This document shows positions 12,446 through 22,779 of a DNA stretch of 64,000 nt, in pieces (position 1 is the first letter of the stretch; each line of letters starts with the position of its first letter). Under the pieces are notes generated by a model. That model had not been told where the DNA came from, ran no database searches, and saw only the letters and a program-made list of their open reading frames with translations. Origin of the DNA: Thraustochytrium aureum (taxonomy: Eukaryota); assembly GCA_012862495.1 (NCBI GenBank), contig BLSG01000059.1:60880-124879 (forward strand), in the 5' to 3' direction. Position numbers and translations under genes: made by a program.

Positions 12446-13762
12446 TCACTTTGCAAGAAAGGCTTCGTACGCGCCTCCCAAACAGGAGCTCGACGTCTCG
12501 GCGGATCTCGGCTTGAGAAAGCCTCCAACCCGTCCGGGAGAGGTCGCGGTACTTGTCCACGAGGCACTCGGCGATAACCCTCCTCGAGTGTCCCATTTGT
12601 AGACGAGCTGGTCGAGTACCCGGGCGTCGCTGTGCTGTGCAGTGAACGCGGTGCCGAGCATCTCGAGCCTCAGCCGCGTTGTCTCGTCGATCACGCTTGG
12701 CAAGTTGCAGTACCACCAGCACCCGTACACGTGCACGTTGCCAAACTTGTTGGCCAAAACGCACAGCTCGTGCTGGTTGGACCGCGACAGCACAGTAAGC
12801 AGCAACTTTAGGTCTGGGAACCCGCGCGCCAGCGACGCGACAAAGTCGAGGTCGGCGGTTTCGACGCCGTCGCCCCCACCGCACTGGTTGAGTCGCGGGT
12901 TGACCCCACGCGCGGCTCCAAGCTTGAGCGCGAGGGCTAGGCCGCGCTTGCGCGCAACGGGTATCATCACCTTGTCGATCAGCTCTGTGGCCGCCTCTGC
13001 GGCTCCCTGGTCTGAAAACTCAAACTCGTCTTGGGTCTTGTACTTGGTCGCCTGCCCTGCAATGTAGCGAAACCCGGCAGGCGTGGAGGCCATCAGATAC
13101 ACCGCGTTCGTCCGATCCGCCCAAGCGCACAGAAACTCGATCGCGCCCGCGACGGTCGGAGAGAACCCCTGTGACACGAGCGCTCTGGTGACGCTCGCCA
13201 AATCGCCCTTTAGCAGCGGATCGATCCGAACAGCGCCCTTGAAACGCGACTCGAACGCGCGGGCGTCGGGCGCGCTCCAGTGCCTCGCCTCGTTCTCGTC
13301 GAACGGGATGTTGGTCATCACGCAGTACTTGACCTTGGCCAGGTGGAACACGCGCTGTACGTACTCGGCGGGGTCTTGCGCCCGGAAAAAGGCGCGAATG
13401 GTTGCAAGGTCGCGCCTGGCAAGCTCGTCGCCGAGGCCAAGCCGTTGCAAGGTGGTCAGCACCCCACGGCAGGCCTCCGAAACAGGGGTGCGCTTCAGAA
13501 ACAGCCTGTCCCAGATGATATTCGCCTGCTCTGTCTTGCTCAGCCCGAAGAAGGCTTCGGGGCTTGGATCGGCCGCGCCTGCCGTCATGAACAGCTCTGA
13601 CACAAGATAGTGATACGTCAGGAGCTCGTCGATGCCCCAGAGCATGAGGTCGCCGTGCGACGGCGGAAAGAGGTGCGTGTGGACGTCCACGACCTCCACA
13701 TCCTCCACTGCCTCGCGCACCCACCGCTCAACCTGCGCTTCGCGCGCGGCGGAGGCGTCCAT
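12446..13762 (-). CDS. uxaC: Uronate (glucuronate/galacturonate) isomerase, amidohydrolase superfamily, Bacillus halodurans Bh0493 type
   Basis: DVHTHLF (HxH metal motif), LWGIDELLTYHYL, SEACRGVLT, MTN, LSRSNQHEL, GCWW, LEMLGTAFTAQHSDARVLDQLVYKW. The conserved tail HSRRVIAECLVDKY...EIRRDV lies in another frame between compensating indels at ~12592 and ~12478. Confidence 0.85.
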   Translation of the reverse strand: MDASAAREAQVERWVREAVEDVEVVDVHTHLFPPSHGDLMLWGIDELLTYHYLVSELFMTAGAADPSPEAFFGLSKTEQANIIWDRLFLKRTPVSEACRGVLTTLQRLGLGDELARRDLATIRAFFRAQDPAEYVQRVFHLAKVKYCVMTNIPFDENEARHWSAPDARAFESRFKGAVRIDPLLKGDLASVTRALVSQGFSPTVAGAIEFLCAWADRTNAVYLMASTPAGFRYIAGQATKYKTQDEFEFSDQGAAEAATELIDKVMIPVARKRGLALALKLGAARGVNPRLNQCGGGDGVETADLDFVASLARGFPDLKLLLTVLSRSNQHELCVLANKFGNVHVYGCWWYCNLPSVIDETTRLRLEMLGTAFTAQHSDARVLDQLVYKWDTRGGLSPSASWTSTATSPGRVGGFLKPRSAETSSSCLGGAYEAFLAK

Positions 13763-14412
13763 CGCGGCCTTGCCAGCCCTGAACGTGGCCAACCCCTCAC
13801 CTTGCCAGCCTTCCGCGCCGCCTCCAACGCCGCCGGGCCCTGACCCGAGCAGCGCAGCCGCCCGCAAGCACGCACGGAGAAGCCCCGGCTCGAGCAGCAG
13901 CGCGCCAAGCGAGGCAGGAGCCGCGAGGCCGACGACCTGGCGCGGGGACCGTGCACGACACGAGAATGTACCTCGCAATCTCGGCTCGCGCCGCAGTCCG
14001 AACGCGCAGCGTCCTCCTCATGCGATCGCGGCAGACCCTCGACGCTGTCGCCGGGGTTGCAGCAGGACCTGGGCGAGAGCTCCGAGCGGCGGCGGCCCTG
14101 CGAAACGGGCGACGAGGTGGCCAGCCAGGTCTACGAGCTCGGCGAGAGAAACGGGGGGCGTCGCGTCCGGCTGGCAGGCTCCCAGGTTGTCCAAGAAGGC
14201 GCTCGGGCTGGGCTGGGCGACGCTCGAGCTGCTTGGAGCTCGGCTCGGCGCAGGGTCGCGTTTGACCAGCTTGGAGCTCGGGCTTGCTCGATTTGGCACC
14301 GGTCTGGCAGGGCGAGAGTCCGGCAACGCAGGTCCAAGTTTCGCTTTGCCCAAGCACGCTCACGCTGGCGGCAAGGCAGCTCGCGGCGCCCGGTCGGGCG
14401 CAAGCCGCCGCA

Positions 14413-15459
14413 ATGAAGGAACATGAGCCGAAGCGCAACCTGCCGGAAAACGCGATTCTGGCGCTCGGGCAGCCGCTTCTCGACATAATTGCGCACGTGC
14501 CGCAGGAAGTGCTCGACAAGTTTGGGCTGCGGGTCAACAACTTTTGCCTCGCTGACGATTCGCAACGGGGCGTGTACGAACACCTCGCAAACGAATTCAA
14601 CCCGCAGTACATCGCTGGGGGCTGCGCCCTCAACACGGCACGCGTGGCACAGTGGATGTCCCAAGACTCGCCGGGAGCAACCTGCTTTGTTGGCACGATT
14701 GGCAAGGACGCATTCGGCGCCAAACTGCGCGAAGCGTGCGGAAAGGACGGCGTTCGCGGCGAGTTCCAGCTAGTCGACTTGCCGACCGGCGTCTGCGGGG
14801 TGCTTGTCAAAGACGGAGAGCGGGCGCTCTGCACGCGCCTCGACGCCAGCAAGTCTTGCGTGCGCGGCATCGTCGAGGCAAGCGAGTTCGCCGCGCGTAT
14901 CGAAGAGTGTCGAGTGTTGTACTTTACCGCGTTCATGCTGAACATCCTCGGCGGGCTCGAGTCGCTCAAACATGTCGCCAGGCTCGCCACTGAGCGCCAG
15001 AAGCCCGTCGCGCTCAACTTGGCCGCACCGTTTCTGATCGAGCAGCTGCAGTCCTCACTGGACGACCTCTTGCCTTGGGTCGACCTCGTGTTTTGCAACG
15101 AGAACGAGGCTGCCACGCTTGGCGCCACCAAGGGTTGGGGAGAGGAGCTTGGGGAGATTGCGCTCCGCCTCTCTGCACAGCCCAAGGCGAGTGGGGTGCG
15201 CTCGCGCGTCGTCGTATTTACGCACGGGCCGGAAGCGGTTGTCGTCGCATCCAATTCGCAAGTTTTACGATTCGCAGTGCCTCCTCTCGACGAGCTCGAG
15301 GACACCAACGGGGCTGGTGACGCTTTTGTGGGGGGATTTCTTTCGCGCTACGCCGCGAACAAACCCCTTGCCGAGTGCGTTCGCGCTGGCATCTACGCCG
15401 CGCGTGTAGTCATCCAGCACTCTGGCTGCACCTTTCCGCGCCAGCCAGATTTCCAATGA
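14413..15459 (+). CDS. ADK: Adenosine kinase (PfkB family)
   Basis: LGQPLLDI, GGCALNTAR, PTGVCGVLV, NLAAPF, FCNENEA, DTNGAGDAFVGGF, AARVVIQHSGC; the NLxAPF and N-terminal lid motifs are typical of eukaryotic adenosine kinase. Confidence 0.9.
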   Translation: MKEHEPKRNLPENAILALGQPLLDIIAHVPQEVLDKFGLRVNNFCLADDSQRGVYEHLANEFNPQYIAGGCALNTARVAQWMSQDSPGATCFVGTIGKDAFGAKLREACGKDGVRGEFQLVDLPTGVCGVLVKDGERALCTRLDASKSCVRGIVEASEFAARIEECRVLYFTAFMLNILGGLESLKHVARLATERQKPVALNLAAPFLIEQLQSSLDDLLPWVDLVFCNENEAATLGATKGWGEELGEIALRLSAQPKASGVRSRVVVFTHGPEAVVVASNSQVLRFAVPPLDELEDTNGAGDAFVGGFLSRYAANKPLAECVRAGIYAARVVIQHSGCTFPRQPDFQ

Positions 15460-15992
15460 TTCTCCATCCACACCGATTTGTTCCAAAACCCCGCCCAAGC
15501 CATCCGTCGCTGGAAGCNNNNNNNNNNNNNNNNNNNNNNNNNNNNNNNNNNNNNNNNNNNNNNNNNNNNNNNNNNNNNNNNNNNNNNNNNNNNNNNNNNN
15601 NNNNNNNNNNNNNNNNNNNNNNNNNNNNNNNNNNNNNNNNNNNNNNNNNNNNNNNNNNNNNNNNNNNNNNNNNNNNNNNNNNNNNNNNNNNNNATCATGA
15701 GTCAGAGCCTGACCGCAGGAGTGTACCTACGCGCGCGGACACCCCCATGGTTTCGCAGGGCGAGTTCCGCGCACGACGCCCGTACCCGGAGCGGTCTGCG
15801 AACGGCGACAGTGCCCTTGTTTGGTTGGTCGGTCGGGCTGGCGGCGAGGTTGCTGTTCATTCGCAGCAGACCGTAGACTTGGTCGCTGGATGCCGACGTG
15901 CTGGCAGACCTGCATCGCGACGCCGATTGGTTCGAAAGGCTTCAGAACGAGCCCGCCCCGAAGAGTCAACGAGTGAATCCAACAACTCAGAA

Positions 15993-17443
15993 ATGAACAA
16001 GTCGGTACCTGCGAACGAACGCGACGGGAGCGAAGGCGCGATGAGGACGACGCCGAACGCAGCGGGCGCCAAACGGAGCGCGACGCAACACCAGGCGACA
16101 GAGCGCGACGAGCAGGCCCTGTGGTGAAATCTACGATCGATCGTGCAGCGGCTCGAGGCCTGTCGTGGCGAAGGCACGTCGCTGCTGTCGATCAACATCC
16201 CGCCCTCGAGCGGGCAACTGAACCGCATGAATCAGATGCTGCGCGACGAGCTTGGCACTGCGGCCAACATTCGCTGCAGGCGTAACCGGCAATCCGTTCA
16301 GGCCGCGATTCGGTCGGCGCAGCACCTGCTGCGGCAGTGGTCAAAGCTTCCGGAGCGCGGGCTCGCCCTGTACGTCGGCGAAGTCACCGAGGCCGGCGGG
16401 CGGTCGCACAAGGCCAGTATCGTCTTTGAGCCAGCGCGCGAGATTGGGTCCCTGATGTACCGCTGCGACTCGCAGTTCCACGTGGAGGAGATCGCTGCTG
16501 CTCTGGAGGACCCCTCCAAGTTCGGATTTGTCGTTCTGGACGGCAATTCGTTCCTGGTTGGCGAGCTCTCGAGGCGCGGGCGGCGCACGTTGCGACATAT
16601 GAACGCGGATCTGCCCAACAAGCACCGGCGCGGCGGGCAATCGCCCCGCGGTTTGGCCGCATGCGCGCCGAGGCGCGAGCGCGGTATGTACGGACGTGCG
16701 CCGAAGCGGCCTCTGAAATCTTTGTGGCCAACAACGCGCTCGCCGTGGATGGCGTCTTCCTCGCGGGCAGCGCGGACCTGAAGAACGACCTGCTCAAGTG
16801 CGCTTGGCTGGACAACCGCGTGCGCGAGGCAGTCTTGGGCGTCTTCGACACCTCGTATGGCGGGGAGCGCGGGTTCCAAGAGGCTGTCGGGCACGCCGCA
16901 GCGGTCATCGACGGTGTTTCCCTGGGCCGTGAGCGCGAGGTGCTCGGGGCGTTCTTTGGCGACCTTGCCAGGGATGGGGCCCGCACTTGCTTTGGCTGGC
17001 GCGACGTTTACCTTGCGCTCGAGCTGGGCGCCGTCGAGAAGCTCCTTCTCTGGGACAAGCTCGACTTGGAGCTTGTCGAGGTTCGCGACGGCTCCGGGTC
17101 GGCAAGCCTCACGCGGTGCGTGGGCAAGCCGGGTTTCTTTGACTCGGCCGGGCTGGCCGCTGGCGAGACTGTCGAGCGGGCGGGCCCGCTGCTCGATTGG
17201 CTGAGCGAGAATGCAGCCGCGAGGTTTGGCGCGCAGGTCGAGATCGTGACTGACCGGCTCGCGGAAGGGTCGCAGTTTTGCGTTGGGTTCGGCGGCCTCG
17301 GCGCCACGCTGCGTTGGGCTGTCGACTTTGCAGCACACGTGGATGGGGCTGGTGCGACGGAAGAGGGCCTCTCGAACTCTGACGACGGCGATGGCGGCAA
17401 CGAGGAGGGAGATGCCGTCGACTGGGACGCCATCGAGTTTTGA
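15993..17443 (+). CDS. eRF1: Divergent class-I peptide chain release factor (eRF1) paralogue interrupted by an in-frame TGA (16125-16127) and a -1 frameshift (~16643); recoded gene, pseudogene or error
   Basis: LEACRGEGTS, ELGTAANIRC, YRCDSQF, KFGFVVLDG, LPNKHRRGGQS, LAGSADLK, DTSYGGERGF, ALELGAVE, EGSQFCVGFGGLGATLRW and an acidic tail are colinear with eRF1. In-frame ATGs upstream of the TGA at 15993 and 16041. Confidence 0.85.
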
Positions 17444-17646
17444 TTCTTCGATCCACCAGGGAAAAGACACGTAGATTTGCGTAAAAACATTGAGATCCGA
17501 TAGGATTTAGTGATCAAAGGGGGACTGGGCCGTGGCGAGGAGGGGCGAGAGTGATGGAAGGGAAAAAACAAGGTACAAATAGTCAAAGCCTCCAGGCCCC
17601 CCCCCCCCACAGCTCAAACACGTGGGGAAAGCGGCCCGCGCGCGCC

Positions 17647-19016
17647 TCACGTCTCGAGGCTCTTGAAGGGCGTCATGCCGAAGCGGTCCACAAAGTACTC
17701 GATGATCGGCGGCGGCGTGACGATATTCTCTGGGCAGTCTGGCGCAAGCTGCACAGAGGCGAGCGCGCGCTCAAACCCGTCTTCGAGGCGGCGGCGGGGG
17801 TCCCCGAGCACGAAAAGCGCGTCGTTGTCGCGGTCGCCAACGTAGGCGGTGAAGACGGGGTCGCCCTTTCGGACGACCTCGCCCACCTTGGCGTGCAAAA
17901 CGAGGCCGGCGTGGTGGTCGATCGGGTCGTTGGCATACTTGCGGCCGGCACCGAGATTCGTCGAGGCGGTCCCGATACCAAAGGCGTCAATGTCCGTGAC
18001 CACCACGTCCGCGGGGGCCGTAAAGACCATGCGCTCCTGCGAGGGCGGAATGCAGGCGGGGTCAAGCAGCACGGACGAGTCGCCGCCCTGCGCCTCGACG
18101 ATCTCGATGAGCTTGCGGAACGCGCGTCCAGAGTCCAGGGCCTCGCTCGCCATGGCGAACCCCTCGGCGAACGAAGCCGCCTTGCCGCTCAGGCCGAGCA
18201 TGATGGCCGCCTCGGAAACGGCTAGGTTGCGCACCTCGGCGATGGCGGCGGCGCTCGAGCCGGGCCCGTCCAGCCCGCGGGCGCCGCCGAGGACCTGAAC
18301 GGCCTCGCGCACCTCGAGCCAGTTGCCCACGGCCCCGCCGAGCGGCGAGTTCATGTTGGTGATGATGCAGCAGGTGTCGATGCCGTGGTTCTCGCCGATC
18401 GAGACCATCATGCTGGCGAGCGCGGCTGCGTCGTTGAGGTCGCGAGCAAAGGCGCCGCGGCCCATCTTGACGTCGAGCAGGAGGGCGTCGGGGCGTTCGG
18501 CGAGCTTCTTGGCCATGATGCTGGACGCGACGAGGGCAACGTCCTCGACGCAGCCGGCCACATCACGAATTGCGTAGATGGCCTTCTCGACGGGGGCGAA
18601 ATCTGCGTTTGGGGCGGCGATGGTGCACCCGACGCGTTCGAGCTGGTCAAGGTACTCTGCTGTTGTGAGGTCAGTGCGGATACCGGGGATCGAGTCAATC
18701 TTGTCCAGGGTTCCGCCCGTGTGGCCGAGGGAGCGCCCGGAGAGCATCGGGACGATCACGTCGAAGGTGGCCACGAGTGGGGCCAGGACGAGCGAGACCT
18801 TGTCCCCGATGCCGCCGCTCGAGTGCTTGTCGACTTTGGGGCAGTCGGGCCGCACGCTGGCCAGGTTGGCCGTCCTGCCTGTCTTGACCATGGCCATCGT
18901 CATATCCGCGGCCTCCTGGTTGGTCATTCCGCGCGTGCAGACCGCCATGAGGAAGGCGCTCATCTGATAGTCCTCCACGTAGCCTCGGTGGAACCCAGTC
19001 ACGATCCAGTCGATCT
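17647..19016 (-). CDS. Thymidine/pyrimidine-nucleoside phosphorylase (deoA/pdp/TYMP family); 5' end lies in a gap
   Basis: DYQMSAFLMAV, DKHSSGGIGDKVSL, MLSGRSLGHTGGTLDK, IYAIRDV, SSIMAKK, LDVKMGRGAF, VGNWLEVREA, LGAGR..DPIDH.AG. Confidence 0.93.
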
Positions 19017-19768
19017 NNNNNNNNNNNNNNNNNNNNNNNNNNNNNNNNNNNNNNNNNNNNNNNNNNNNNNNNNNNNNNNNNNNNNNNNNNNNNNNNNNNN
19101 NNNNNNNNNNNNNNNNNNNNNNNNNNNNNNNNNNNNNNNNNNNNNNNNNNNNNNNNNNNNNNNNNNNNNNNNNNNNNNNNNNNNNNNNNNNNNNNNNNNN
19201 NNNNNNNNNNNNNNNNNNNNNNNNNNNNNNNNNNNNNNNNNNNNNNNNNNNNNNNNNNNNNNNNNNNNNNNNNNNNNNNNNNNNNNNNNNNNNNNNNNNN
19301 NNNNNNNNNNNNNNNNNNNNNNNNNNNNNNNNNNNNNNNNNNNNNNNNNNNNNNNNNNNNNNNNNNNNNNNNNNNNNNNNNNNNNNNNNNNNNNNNNNNN
19401 NNNNNNNNNNNNNNNNNNNNNNNNNNNNNNNNNNNNNNNNNNNNNNNNNNNNNNNNNNNNNNNNNNNNNNNNNNNNNNNNNNNNNNNNNNNNNNNNNNNN
19501 NNNNNNNNNNNNNNNNNNNNNNNNNNNNNNNNNNNNNNNNNNNNNNNNNNNNNNNNNNNNNNNNNNNNNNNNNNNNNNNNNNNNNNNNNNNNNNNNTGCT
19601 GATGCGCGCACGGATGCGCTGCGGCTCTGCTGGGTTTCAACTCGCGCGTCCGGCTGCTCGATGTTGGTCAACGCGGCGAACTTAGAAAAAAAAAAAAAAA
19701 AACAATCTAAACTTAGAGTAGGTAGGCAACGATTTATTTTTCGCGAAAATGCTTTGCGCTCAAAAAGG

Positions 19769-19835
19769 TTATTTGGTTGTTATTTGGTTGTTATTTGGTT
19801 GCTTTTTGGTTGTTATTTGGTTGTTATTTGTTTTT
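19769..19835. repeat. Minisatellite (TTATTTGGTTG)n, about 5-6 copies, near an A-run at ~19686-19702
   Basis: 11-bp tandem unit directly visible. Confidence 0.85.
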
Positions 19836-20199
19836 TTGAAAAAAAGAGAAAAAAATGGAAAGTAAAGCGGAAGGAAGGAAGGGGCCACTTGGGGTTTTCG
19901 CGCTGGAGCGGCTGGGGTGTGCCAGAGGGGACGCGCCCGGCCAGCCAGCCAGCTGTCGTTTCTGCCTCCTCTCGAGTGCCGCTCAGGCAGCGAGCGTCCC
20001 AAAGGTGTCGCCTTGCGGGGGGCATACCTGCACCCGGCACGCGTGCGCCTCCCCAGTCCTGCAGCGGCGCACGCGGCACTTATCACACCTGCCGCGGTCA
20101 CTGTGTACGCATCAATAAACGTCTTTTATCACCATAATTCTACGATAAAACCTGTGTAGGTCCAACATAGCCGCCTGCCGCGCTTCACACGGTGTGCGA

Positions 20200-20573
20200 A
20201 GAATACTTGAGCCGCCATGTGGCTCGGCGAGGTGGACCAACGAACAGACGAACCCGGCCACGCCCCTCTGGAAACCGCCTTACACTGCGAGTGAAATCAG
20301 CCCGCCGCCTCACAGCGAGCGGGGAGAACAAGCGCGTTCCCTCTGATATCCCCGCTCTCCGGTCGCTGTGAGGGCTGCGACAGGCACCCACATACCGTCT
20401 GTGAGGCGGAACGGACCCGCTCTGTGGGTTTTGTGAGGATGGCGCCGCCCTCACAAACCCCCCGGAATGCCAGCATCGTTCTCGCGAGGTGTGTAATGGA
20501 GGAATTCATGCTGCCGTAAGGAGCGCCCGCGTGCCGTCAGGGTCGCAAGGTGCGGAAGCCCGCGGCGCTCTTT
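20200..20573. ncRNA. Candidate structured non-coding element with multiple long hairpins; family unassigned
   Basis: Stems: CCTCACAGCGA 20308-20318 with TCGCTGTGAGG 20363-20373; GCGGGGA 20319-20325 with TCCCCGC 20349-20355; TTTGTGAGG 20430-20438 with CCTCACAAA 20449-20457; GAGCGCC 20521-20527 with GGCGCTC 20564-20570. No credible ORF here. Confidence 0.35.
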
Positions 20574-20980
20574 AAGTGCATGCAGCGCGCAGATCCTCTC
20601 TCAAGGGGAGAGAATCGGTCGTGTTTTGCGGCGGCCAGGCGATCGATCCTCCGTGTCCTCTGGCCGCGCCGCGGCCCGCCGTGCCTCGATCATGAAATCA
20701 AGGGGAGCCTCCTTGGTGAAATCATGATGTGGTTGGTACTCGAGAGCGCAAACGAGCTGAAGCCAACTGGTCGCAGGCGGTGGACTGGCAGGCCCCTGCG
20801 CGACTGCAAGCAAGCGCAAGGATCTCCTTGATGCCAACAAGCGTGATCGCAGCAATAACATGACAAGTGCGGACGTGGCCCGCAGAAAAAGGCCAACAAC
20901 GTGACACAGTTGACGTGTCAACAGACGCGCAATCTCGCGAGCGAAGACTGCGCGTCGCCCCTCGGCGCGCAACGGCCACC

Positions 20981-21086
20981 GCCGTCCAGGGCCGTCTAGG
21001 GCCGTCCAGGGCCGTCTAGGGCCGTCCAGGGCCACCGCCGTCCACAACGGCATGCAGAACGGCATGCAGAACGGCATGCAGAACGG
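20981..21086. repeat. Two adjacent minisatellites: (GCCGTCYAGG) x5 and (AACGGCATGCAG) x3+
   Basis: 10-bp and 12-bp tandem units directly visible. Confidence 0.85.
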
Positions 21087-21327
21087 AACAACTCCGGCAA
21101 AGGAGGATGTCTCTCAAGGAAGCTGTTTGTGATCATGTCANNNNNNNNNNNNNNNNNNNNNNNNNNNNNNNNNNNNNNNNNNNNNNNNNNNNNNNNNNNN
21201 NNNNNNNNNNNNNNNNNNNNNNNNNNNNNNNNNNNNNNNNNNNNNNNNNNNNNNNNNNNNNNNNNNNNNNNNNNNNNNNNNNNNNNNNNNNNNNNNNNNN
21301 NNNNNNNNNNNNNNNNNNNNNNNNNNN

Positions 21328-21921
21328 GTCAGAGTCGGCCTTGGCGCCGTGGCCAACCTCGCCGGCCTCGTCGTCGCTAAAGTCTTGCGCAGTCTGGGCC
21401 GGCGCGTCGTTCTCCTCCTCGTCGTCATACTCGGAAACGGCTTGCTGCTGCGGCATTGTCCTCTGGTCGTACTCGGACTCCTCGTCAAAGTCGCTCTGCG
21501 CGCCCTTCTGCTCAACCTCCTCGGACCGGTCGCTGACGAGCGACTTGATGCTGCGCAGCGTGTTGCTGATGCTCTTGCGCAGGCTGCGGCGAGGCTCGGC
21601 CGGCAAGGGCTGCTCGGCGAACGGGTTGGGCTTGGCCGCGCCGGTGTCGCCCTTGACAGCAGGGGCGCTGGAGCCCTTCCGTGCGATGGTCCAGTGGTTG
21701 CCCTGCTTGACGAACGAGCCCGGGGAGAGGCCCTTGAAGTCGTGCTTCTTCGAGTTGGAGGCCTTGGCGGCCGCCGAGACGGGCTTGGGCTTGGGCCCCG
21801 GCGCTTCTTTCTTGCGCGACTGGGCTTCGAAGAGGTTTTTCGCCATCTTGACCTTGCCAGCCGCCGCCTTGCGGCCGACGGTCATCTGGGCCTCCTGCTT
21901 GTTCCACGCGTTCCACGACAT
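21328..21921 (-). CDS. Hypothetical intrinsically disordered protein (basic N-terminus, acidic C-terminal part); 3' end lies in a gap
   Basis: ATG in caagATG context, strong GC3 codon bias, open frame MSWNAWNKQEAQ... running into the gap. Confidence 0.65.
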
Positions 21922-22779
21922 CTTGCTCGAGCGTCTGGGCTGCTTGCCTTGCCTCGCCGTGCCGTGCGCTTGTCACGAGCTCGCAAGCTTTGGCTGTGTT
22001 TTGCTGCTTGCACAACGCTTTCGGGGTCTGCCGATGGTGGAGCAAAAACTGGCGAGGCGTGGTCCATGCCTGCATGCATTCCAACGTGCCCGGAGCTCTC
22101 AGCGTGTGAGTGTTCGTGCATGCCCGGCTCGGCCAAGCGACAAGGATTGTGCTTGCTTTCTGATGTTGTTGAGCTGTGCCAAGGGGGCGAAAGGGGGAAC
22201 GGGGGCAGCGCACGCCATTCCCTCTCAGGAGCGCCCTCGCAGGCTGGTGCGAGGGACCTACAGCCTACAGTGAACGCTGCCAACAAGGACTGCCAATGGC
22301 AGCGCGACTTGCGAGGGAGTTTCGCTCGCCCGCACCCCTTCCAAGGGGAGGCGCGCGCCTTTCAGAGCTCCACGAGGGCTGTGCAAGCCCAAATAGCGGC
22401 GTGAGCTCATCGCGCATTTCGCTCCAGCTCGGTGAGTAACGGATATATGCCGGTGAAATATGGTAGCTAATCAAAATGGCGAAGCGGGCCAAATTAGACC
22501 GGCAGAGCTGCAGTAGTCGCACGGCACGTGGCCACAAGCCCAGTTTTGCGCGCCCCCCAACAAAACACAAAACCGCCTCCGCCACCCGGGTGGTCCCGGG
22601 AGGCCTTGTCGGCAGGTAAGTACTCTACCTACCTACCCACTCACTACGGACATCATCAATGACGAATGAACGAATGAACGACTGGCCTGCAGTAAACTCA
22701 ACTTGGATTTGGCTCCTCTACTCGCTCGCATGTGCAGGCCAAAGCCAAAGTAGGTACCCAAGTACTCTTCCTGGACGGA

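Noticed and set aside
14413..15459. PfkB kinase as KDG kinase (kdgK) partnering the uronate isomerase
   Set aside because: NLAAPF, LGQPLLDI and DTNGAGDAF match adenosine kinase better.
16125..16127. Genome-wide UGA=Trp reassignment or selenocysteine at the eRF1 TGA
   Set aside because: TGA serves as a normal stop for neighbouring genes (kinase, ADK, epimerase) and the codon aligns with Trp, not Cys.
20200..20573. Assignment as SRP RNA, RNase P/MRP, U3, telomerase RNA or cobalamin riboswitch
   Set aside because: I could not find the diagnostic consensus boxes or a telomeric template on either strand.
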